Part shown: in pieces, positions 24,901 through 32,000 of the stretch
Numbering within the stretch: position 1 is the stretch's first letter
How the letters are laid out: the number at the start of each line of letters is the position of its first letter
Origin: Candidatus Electrothrix sp. GW3-4
GTDB taxonomy: Bacteria > Desulfobacterota > Desulfobulbia > Desulfobulbales > Desulfobulbaceae
Direction of reading: 5' to 3'
Length of the DNA: 32,000 bases
Assembly: GCF_037902255.1 (NCBI RefSeq)
Contig: NZ_CP147990.1
Span: forward strand, 3,750,001 to 3,782,000
Made by a program: the position numbers and the translations under genes
Notes under the pieces: model-generated
Seen by the model: the letters and a program-made list of their open reading frames with translations, nothing else
The model's database searches: none
What the model was told of the DNA's origin: nothing

Positions 24901-27900
24901 CGGAGCACATATTCCCAAAAGTCTTAATACCCTCTTCATAGGGTAGGTGTTCCGACACAAGTGTTCACTGTATTGGTGAGCAGAATCGAGTCTTAATACC
25001 CTCTTCATAGGGTAGGTGTTCCGACGCATGTAAAAGTCTGTTGAGAGCTTTCTGGTCCAAGTCTTAATACCCTCTTCATAGGGTAGGTGTTCCGACATTG
25101 CGGGGGCGAAAACCAGCAACCTTGTTCAGTCTTAATACCCTCTTCATAGGGTAGGTGTTCCGACGAGGAACTGCCATATCTAAACGGATGGGGAGTTCGG
25201 TCTTAATACCCTCTTCATAGGGTAGGTGTTCCGACCGCTGTCGCAGTTCAACCAAAACCGCATTGCCGTCTTAATACCCTCTTCATAGGGTAGGTGTTCC
25301 GACAAGTAGAAACCGATGTAGCAGAAGGAAACTACCCGGTCTTAATACCCTCTTCATAGGGTAGGTGTTCCGACAGGGCTCTTGCTGGGGTCCAGCACAT
25401 TCCTGTACTTGTCTTAATACCCTCTTCATAGGGTAGGTGTTCCGACTCTGCCGTCGCCTGTGACAGAAGAAACCGAGAAGTCTTAATACCCTCTTCATAG
25501 GGTAGGTGTTCCGACGTGAACAAAGGCGGGAAAGGTCATAAAGACGATGTCTTAATACCCTCTTCATAGGGTAGGTGTTCCGACGTTTATATCCCATTTA
25601 TGGGATGCTATTATCACGTCTTAATACCCTCTTCATAGGGTAGGTGTTCCGACGCATATCAATGATCCTGTGGGCAAAGAGATGGCGTCTTAATACCCTC
25701 TTCATAGGGTAGGTGTTCCGACCGAATTATTACTACAATTGGCAAATAAAGAGGGTGTCTTAATACCCTCTTCATAGGGTAGGTGTTCCGACAGGTGAGC
25801 TGTACTATACAGATTGCTTGCCTACTGTCTTAATACCCTCTTCATAGGGTAGGTGTTCCGACAGGGGAATCTCGTGTAGCAGGATGAACTATTGGTCTTA
25901 ATACCCTCTTCATAGGGTAGGTGTTCCGACCCAGAGGTCGTGCAGATGGGAGAGCTGGTTGATGTCTTAATACCCTCTTCATAGGGTAGGTGTTCCGACG
26001 GCTTGCGGCTCATGCCGGAGCACATATTCCCAAAAGTCTTAATACCCTCTTCATAGGGTAGGTGTTCCGACACAAGTGTTCACTGTATTGGTGAGCAGAA
26101 TCGAGTCTTAATACCCTCTTCATAGGGTAGGTGTTCCGACGCATGTAAAAGTCTGTTGAGAGCTTTCTGGTCCAAGTCTTAATACCCTCTTCATAGGGTA
26201 GGTGTTCCGACATTGCGGGGGCGAAAACCAGCAACCTTGTTCAGTCTTAATACCCTCTTCATAGGGTAGGTGTTCCGACGGGGCAGGACCCTCTATTCGG
26301 GAGGCAAATGAAAAGTCTTAATACCCTCTTCATAGGGTAGGTGTTCCGACCAGGGACAGGATCGTGCTGGCAACTTGATCTGTGTCTTAATACCCTCTTC
26401 ATAGGGTAGGTGTTCCGACGTTTCTTTAAAATCTAACCTTTCTCCGATGTCTTAATACCCTCTTCATAGGGTAGGTGTTCCGACTTTAAAAAAGCCGTTA
26501 AAACAAACTTATGTGGTGCGTCTTAATACCCTCTTCATAGGGTAGGTGTTCCGACAATGGATACATGCAGGAGGCTTTTGCCTACACAGTGGTCTTAATA
26601 CCCTCTTCATAGGGTAGGTGTTCCGACTGCGGTTGGTTTAATAGTAGGAGCCTTTCTCATGTCTTAATACCCTCTTCATAGGGTAGGTGTTCCGACGGAG
26701 AAATTTACCGTGGAAAAGAAATATTTTACAGTCTTAATACCCTCTTCATAGGGTAGGTGTTCCGACACTTACGGTCGGGTTATCCGTTCAAACATGGATG
26801 CGTCTTAATACCCTCTTCATAGGGTAGGTGTTCCGACGGAGCCTCCTAAATAGGATGTATTGTTGGGTGGGTCTTAATACCCTCTTCATAGGGTAGGTGT
26901 TCCGACAGCTTTCAACGCCATTACGGTTCTCGTAGCTGGGTCTTAATACCCTCTTCATAGGGTAGGTGTTCCGACAATGTGAATGCTCCTCTGAATGGCT
27001 CGGCTACGACGTCTTAATACCCTCTTCATAGGGTAGGTGTTCCGACTCTTAGAGATGTAATGTCGCCTGCTCACACTATGGTCTTAATACCCTCTTCATA
27101 GGGTAGGTGTTCCGACGAGAGTTTCTGGCATGCTGGGAAGTAATCTGGGTCTTAATACCCTCTTCATAGGGTAGGTGTTCCGACTATTTGGCGGTTACAG
27201 ATGCCATAAGGCGAAGTCTTAATACCCTCTTCATAGGGTAGGTGTTCCGACGTACATCACGTTGAACCAAGTTAACCAACAAAACGTCTTAATACCCTCT
27301 TCATAGGGTAGGTGTTCCGACACACTTATCCTCTTAAGGAGGCTGTTCCATGAGTCTTAATACCCTCTTCATAGGGTAGGTGTTCCGACGAAGAGAGGGG
27401 CTTTAACCCCGCTTGTATATGTGGTCTTAATACCCTCTTCATAGGGTAGGTGTTCCGACAGCAGCAAAAGGAACAACCGCCGTAGTTGCTATGTCTTAAT
27501 ACCCTCTTCATAGGGTAGGTGTTCCGACTTTCTGCCTGACCCTAACGGAGAAAGGGGGCCGTCTTAATACCCTCTTCATAGGGTAGGTGTTCCGACGTCA
27601 GCCAGAAAATGCAGCTGGAGGACTTGTTTGTCTTAATACCCTCTTCATAGGGTAGGTGTTCCGACAGCAGCAAAAGGAACAACCGCCGTAGTTGCTATGT
27701 CTTAATACCCTCTTCATAGGGTAGGTGTTCCGACAGAGGACTCCGCCTTTACAGGGGCACAATCAGGTGGTCTTAATACCCTCTTCATAGGGTAGGTGTT
27801 CCGACAATAGCACTGGAGAGAGCACTAAGCGTAAATAATAAGTCTTAATACCCTCTTCATAGGGTAGGTGTTCCGACACCTTCTACAAAGATGATAACGG

Positions 27901-28579
27901 TAACTATTTGAGAAGTCTTAATACCCTCTTCATAGGGTAGGTGTTCCGACACAAACACCTGCTACTATGGGGACCTAAACCAGTCTTAATACCCTCTTCA
28001 TAGGGTAGGTGTTCCGACGGGGATACAAGGGATAATAGATCCCCCAAAACAGTCTTAATACCCTCTTCATAGGGTAGGTGTTCCGACAACCAATAATGCC
28101 CATATAGATGAATCATCTGTCTTAATACCCTCTTCATAGGGTAGGTGTTCCGACACAGGTGTAGGGCTGGCTATTGCCGTGCCTGGCTTCGTCTTAATAC
28201 CCTCTTCATAGGGTAGGTGTTCCGACGGAAAAATGATTTCCCATTCGTGGGACACGATTATCCGTCTTAATACCCTCTTCATAGGGTAGGTGTTCCGACA
28301 ACTATGAGGTTCCTGCCCAACCACTGCCATCTCGGTCTTAATACCCTCTTCATAGGGTAGGTGTTCCGACAGGAAAATCCATGAAAAAATCACACATCGT
28401 CTTAGTCTTAATACCCTCTTCATAGGGTAGGTGTTCCGACGGAGCAGGCTTGTAGCCTGCTCCATGCTTGTCCGTCTTAATACCCTCTTCATAGGGTAGG
28501 TGTTCCGACCTCTTAACATCTGGCTTGGTGTATGTCTGGGGGCGTCTTAATACCCTCTTCATAGGGTAGGTGTTCCGAC
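21913..28579 (-). CRISPR. CRISPR array 2: 96 repeats of 36 bp, 95 spacers (about 75 distinct)
   Basis: Same repeat as array 1, counted by hand. Spacers are 29-37 nt, plus one 47-nt outlier at 22158-22204. One repeat carries a G-to-A variant (22276-22311, ...cataggatagg...). The low-coordinate terminal repeat is degenerate (gctgtaa). The leader is at the high-coordinate end. Confidence 0.97.
24050..26279. repeat. Perfect tandem duplication of a 1115-bp block (16 spacer-repeat units) inside array 2
   Basis: Units from spacer gaggaactgccatatc... to spacer attgcgggggcgaaaacc... occur at 24050-25164 and again at 25165-26279. ORF-track translations of the two copies are identical (24168..24482 = 25283..25597, and so on). 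Confidence 0.9.
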
Positions 28580-28873
28580 AGCGGCCTTTCTTTAAACAAT
28601 ACTGAATTCAGTAAATTAAGCAAGTAAAAAAACGACATGGAATCGGGTTTTGAAAGTTGTGAAAATTGAACCGACATTATAAACGTCGATACAGGAAAAT
28701 GCACGACATCGTGACTCTTTTGTCATGATCGGTATTAAAATTTGAATTTTAAGCCATTTTCTAAAACTTTTCATCGGTAAATTCAGGGCAGTAGATACTG
28801 ATTTTTAATCATGACGAATAATGACAAAGAGAAAAAATAGCCTGAAAAAATTCCATGTCCGACCGTTTTTCCC
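28580..28873 (-). promoter_or_regulatory. Leader of array 2 (294 bp)
   Basis: Differs from 14942-15235 by 6 substitutions and no indel. Carries the same TTGCTT-N16-TATTGT boxes and the TACTGAATTCAGTA palindrome (28600-28613). Confidence 0.75.
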
Positions 28874-29023
28874 TAAAGAACACCCAGAATATTTCCATTC
28901 ATCCCCTCTGAAATCAAACCCTGTCAATAAAACGTAATATAACACTATTGCACAGGGATAACACGAAAAATCACCTCAAAAAGAGCAAGAATATTTCAAC
29001 AGAATGACAACGAACACCGCAGC

Positions 29024-30142
29024 TCAACTAATCAATATATCCTTCGGTTCCATTTCAACAACATACCCTGCCTGTCCGTTAACCTCCACGGTTTGAATAA
29101 GAAAAGGACGGGCCGCCCGCTCCCCAAGCACCAACACCACAGCCTTTTTCAGCTTGGATTTTCGCTGAAGGAACCATTCCTTCTGCTGAGCAGCATCTCG
29201 ACCCCGAGCCACTTCCTCCACCCGCTCAATCCGTCCGCTCCATTCGCCGACAATGCGGGCATAAACCTGGATATATTCATCAACAAAGGCGTCTTCATCC
29301 GGGATAAAGGGCGGTTCTCCGTTTTTGCGGCGCTCGCACATCCAGAGGTACAGGGCCAGATCCGCATCCCCCATGCGCACCTCCAGAGCATTCAGCCGCA
29401 CCTGCTTGCGACGAATATCAATTTCAATGGTCTCAGGACTGGAAAAACGCTGAATAGTTTCAACAGTCTCCTGAAACCCGGCACTGCCTGTAAGCAGGGC
29501 TTCCGGGATCTGATACCGCATCCGGACAAAAGGAATATCGGAGAGGATGATTTGAGATTCCTCAGTGGAATACCAGGTGTTGTTGACCGCAATGCGTTGG
29601 GGGCGGGGCGGAGGGTAGAAAAAATTCTTGTTTTCCTGAAAGGGTTTCGCCACCAGGACATGGGAAAGGCGGTCCTGCATCCGTCCGTACAGGCTCAGGG
29701 CATAGCCCGCATAATAGGACATGGTTTTACGACCTCCGGCTAGGGAAAGGTGGAGCGCAGCCTGATTGTCTTCAGTAAAGCGCCTGACCTGCTCGGTGAT
29801 AAAATCCGCTGTCATGGTGTTGTGCTCCGCCGATTCAGTATCATCAACAAAAGGTCCGTCCGGGCCTGTTATTGTATGGACCTGGCCGGATGCAAAGGAG
29901 ATGCCTTCCAGGCAGTAATCCTCACAAAAACGATGAAATTCCCCTTTGTCGCCCCCGACCCCGAGCAGGGCGTTCCGGGCGGAGTTTGCGCCTTGAGCCG
30001 TGCTGATCAGGTGGATTTCCGTGGGCACAAAGGCCGGGCTGCTGTCCACGGCCAGTTTGTACAGGGTTTCCGTAAGGATTTGTGGAGTCATGCCGATGAC
30101 GGCAAGGAGGATGCGGCGGGGATATTCGTGGGGTTGCGGCAT
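29024..30142 (-). CDS. CRISPR-associated CARF-like protein (NE0113/TIGR02584-like N-terminus) with C-terminal extension, possibly wHTH
   Basis: 372 aa. The N-terminus RILLAVIGMTPQILTETLYKL and the later SLAGGRKTMSYY and SHVLV match what I recall of the Cas_NE0113 Rossmann-like family. The C-terminal ~150 aa (DADLALYLWMCERRKNG...) are unassigned. The family assignment is from memory, not a search. Confidence 0.6.
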   Translation of the reverse strand: MPQPHEYPRRILLAVIGMTPQILTETLYKLAVDSSPAFVPTEIHLISTAQGANSARNALLGVGGDKGEFHRFCEDYCLEGISFASGQVHTITGPDGPFVDDTESAEHNTMTADFITEQVRRFTEDNQAALHLSLAGGRKTMSYYAGYALSLYGRMQDRLSHVLVAKPFQENKNFFYPPPRPQRIAVNNTWYSTEESQIILSDIPFVRMRYQIPEALLTGSAGFQETVETIQRFSSPETIEIDIRRKQVRLNALEVRMGDADLALYLWMCERRKNGEPPFIPDEDAFVDEYIQVYARIVGEWSGRIERVEEVARGRDAAQQKEWFLQRKSKLKKAVVLVLGERAARPFLIQTVEVNGQAGYVVEMEPKDILIS

Positions 30143-30223
30143 GGTTCGGGCTCCGGGTACGTGGTGAATCGGCGGGTTGCAATTTCGCCGTTATGGTACC
30201 CGGTTTAAGCGGGAATTGCCCAG

Positions 30224-30240
30224 GCCGCAGGGTTGCGGGA
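30224..30240 (-). promoter_or_regulatory. Inverted-repeat motif (site 3 of 3)
   Basis: ggccgcagggttgcggga, ~90 nt upstream of the ATG of the CARF-like gene (30142). Confidence 0.4.
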
Positions 30241-30244
30241 AAAA

Positions 30245-30586
30245 TCAGGACTCCTCGTTTAACAGTTCCAGACAGGATGATCTCAGCGGTCGGAGTTTGC
30301 TTTGCACAATATCCCACACCATAGGGATACTCACACCGAAGTATTCATGAATGAGAATATTGCGCAAGCCGATAATTTTTCGCCACTCCACCTCGGGAGC
30401 CTTTTCCCGGACAGAGACAGGTATCTTTCCGGCCGCTTCGCCGATTATTTCAAGATTCCGAATAACAGCGTCCTGTTTTTCTTCATTACTCAGAAAAAGT
30501 TCCTGATTCTGACGATGGGTATACCTCTCTATTTTTTCGACAGCAGCGATAATGTCTTCAATATAGATTTTCCAGTCTCTATACAT
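30245..30586 (-). CDS. hepT: HepT-type (DUF86) toxin
   Basis: 113 aa. Contains the RxxxxHxY motif in [13 protein letters not shown]. Overlaps mntA by 8 nt. Confidence 0.85.
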   Translation of the reverse strand: MYRDWKIYIEDIIAAVEKIERYTHRQNQELFLSNEEKQDAVIRNLEIIGEAAGKIPVSVREKAPEVEWRKIIGLRNILIHEYFGVSIPMVWDIVQSKLRPLRSSCLELLNEES

Positions 30587-30866
30587 ACAGGGTTTCCTGT
30601 TGAATCATCTTTTTCAGTCGTTTTTTTACGGTCTGCTCCATAACGAGATCAACCGGTCTCCCGAAGAGGTCTTCCAGATAAAATTTCAGTTCCATATAAT
30701 GGTCAAAGGTCGGTTCCGAAAAAGTGACCAGGATATCTATATCGCTTTTGCTGTGTATGTCATCGCGGGCATACGAGCCGAACAGGCCGATGCTGTTTAC
30801 TGAAAAACACCGCTCAATATGCTCTTTTTCATCTTTTAGCGTCGCCAAAATACTATTTTTTCTCAT
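30579..30866 (-). CDS. mntA: MntA-type nucleotidyltransferase antitoxin
   Basis: 95 aa. Minimal nucleotidyltransferase motif [10 protein letters not shown]...SDIDILV. Confidence 0.85.
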   Translation of the reverse strand: MRKNSILATLKDEKEHIERCFSVNSIGLFGSYARDDIHSKSDIDILVTFSEPTFDHYMELKFYLEDLFGRPVDLVMEQTVKKRLKKMIQQETLYV

Positions 30867-30982
30867 AGGATCCCCGTGAAATAATCACAGTCCGCCGAAT
30901 GGGCAGTACATGGTATGTACCATATTGTACCGATTTCAGTTGCGTTTGACAACTACGGAAAAAACGGTATTTTTACTGGTGT

Positions 30983-31200
30983 CCAAGCTTTGCTTGGGCA
31001 TCCTGAATACAGCAGTTCGGGCTTCGGAACATGAAGCGGAGCTTCAGAAAAAGCAGTTCCCAAGCCGGAGCTTGGGAACCAGAGAAAACCTTGATGCCCA
31101 CCGTAAAACGATGGGCTATTTTCGACCGGCCCCTCTGGGGCGGCGGGAAAACAGCGTCCCGGAGGGACTGCCGAAAATAGCCCGGTCTTTCAAGGCCGGG
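30983..31200. repeat. Intergenic cluster of perfect hairpins (REP/MITE-like)
   Basis: Contains ccaagc-tttg-cttgg (about 30983-30998) and gttcccaagc-cgga-gcttgggaac (31056-31079, 10-bp stem). Also 12-bp arms gggctattttcg (31113-31124) and cgaaaatagccc (31172-31183) enclosing gtccc-gga-gggac. Confidence 0.5.
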
Positions 31201-31231
31201 ACTGTACAACGCGACCTGCAAGGGAGTTACC

Positions 31232-32000
31232 TCACCTTTCCAATAACTGATACCGCCCAAACCCCTTACTGGCCTGCTTACCGATATGCAGCCGCTGCCC
31301 GAGCAAAAGAAAAGGCCAGAACAACTCCGGCTCCGCAGGCGCAAAATCCACTGTCCCGAGAAAGCCCCTGAACTCGACCACCCTGCCCTGTCGCGCTGAC
31401 CAACAGGTGCTTGTGTGCGGGCGCAGGTCAATACTGATAAGCTCGGACTGGGCTGCCCGTTCCTTGAGGGCCCGGAAGTCGGCCTCCAGGGGACAGCCCA
31501 TATAAAAATACTGGAGCAGAGAGACGCGCCGGATCACGGCCATGAGCAGGCGGCTGATCTCAAGGGTGTCCGGGCGAAAGGCCTTATCCGAGGGCAGATA
31601 GGGGGTGAGGAATTGGAGGCGCACAGCAGCAGGCGCAGGCGGCATCGGCATTGGCTCCATAATACTCTCCCGAACCTCACCCTGCTGTTCCCAAATCAGC
31701 CGTTGACCACTGGGCAGTATCTGACTGACCTGAACCAGTTCAGCCTTTGCCCTGTCCGATCCAAAGCCCAGCTGCCCGGATTTTGCCATGGCCCGGACCA
31801 CCGCAGGCAGGCGTTTGCAGGCCGCCCCGGCCAGCACCAGGCCGTGGCTGAATTGCCCACCCGGCGAAATATTCGCCGCACCGCATTGCTCACTATGAAA
31901 GATATGGGGCAGGGGAACGGTGCCCACCTTGCGCATCATTTCTGCCTCGGGCGGTCTGGGGCCTTTGATAAAAAAGGCGAAATCGCATTGATGACGGAGC
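31232..32000 (-). CDS. cas6: Cas6-like crRNA endoribonuclease, N-terminus beyond the window
   Basis: The frame is open from 31232 to the window edge; upstream of the listed Met it reads LRHQCDFAFFIKGPRPPEAE with no stop. The C-terminal Gly-rich loop HIGKQASKGFGRYQL is typical of Cas6. Confidence 0.6.
   Translation of the reverse strand, partial: LRHQCDFAFFIKGPRPPEAEMMRKVGTVPLPHIFHSEQCGAANISPGGQFSHGLVLAGAACKRLPAVVRAMAKSGQLGFGSDRAKAELVQVSQILPSGQRLIWEQQGEVRESIMEPMPMPPAPAAVRLQFLTPYLPSDKAFRPDTLEISRLLMAVIRRVSLLQYFYMGCPLEADFRALKERAAQSELISIDLRPHTSTCWSARQGRVVEFRGFLGTVDFAPAEPELFWPFLLLGQRLHIGKQASKGFGRYQLLER

Noticed and set aside
25097-25128. Possible self-targeting: spacer attgcgggggcg... shares attgcgggg with the array trailer (about 11731-11740), and spacer 14732-14764 shares cttttgtcatg with the leader
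   Set aside because: These are only 9-11 nt matches, which is chance level for this many spacers. I could not find any convincing protospacer inside the window by eye, and a real search is needed.
22250-28562. The same family of repeat-derived ORFs across array 2, including identical pairs such as 24168..24482 and 25283..25597
   Set aside because: They are artefacts of translating the CRISPR array. The identical pairs simply reflect the 1115-bp duplication.
30205-30240. Reading the conserved motif region as a sigma54 promoter (TGGGCA...CGCT)
   Set aside because: The GG/GC spacing is off by one at the 30.2-kb site, and the other two sites lack the -12 GC element. The inverted-repeat operator interpretation fits all three copies better.
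30910-31431. ORFs 30910..31371 (+) and 30973..31431 (-) between mntA and cas6
   Set aside because: They overlap each other and consist largely of perfect hairpin repeats (REP/MITE-like). The 3' part of the minus ORF overlaps the cas6 frame. No coding signal is evident.

Overview
The window has two parts.

**1. Positions 1 to ~10.6 kb: ordinary chromosomal genes.**
- A membrane-anchored class III nucleotide cyclase, pgm and nadC.
- A small ORF, a J-domain protein and an M48/TPR membrane peptidase.
- An SDR epimerase, a type II NADP-dependent icd and a comF-like gene.

**2. Positions ~10.6 to 32 kb: one large CRISPR locus read on the minus strand.**
- Two arrays share a single 36-bp repeat, GTCGGAACACCTACCCTATGAAGAGGGTATTAAGAC on the minus strand. 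Array 1 has 45 repeats at 11818-14941 and array 2 has 96 repeats at 21913-28579.
- Each array is headed by a 294-bp leader. The two leaders are 98% identical.
- Between the arrays lies an adaptation operon. In order it encodes an unknown multi-TM coiled-coil protein, an unknown 188-aa protein, cas2, a second cas2-like gene, cas1, a stand-alone thumb-less reverse transcriptase and an orphan HicB-like protein.
- Right of array 2 are a CARF/NE0113-like protein, HepT-MntA and a cas6 that runs off the window.
- No effector genes are in view. RT plus Cas6 plus CARF suggests a type III system.

**Most unusual observations.**
- (a) Three protein toxin-antitoxin operons sit at the trailer ends of the arrays in spacer-like position. 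Each is closed by a solitary CRISPR repeat plus a duplicated trailer or terminator.
- (b) The two uncharacterised genes are tightly coupled to the cas2-cas2-cas1-RT operon.
- (c) A shared inverted-repeat motif lies 80-90 nt upstream of three CRISPR-linked genes.
- (d) Array 2 contains a perfect 1115-bp, 16-unit tandem duplication, re-acquired spacers, and spacers that overlap spacers in array 1.

All calls rest on reading the sequence and ORF translations. No database search was possible.
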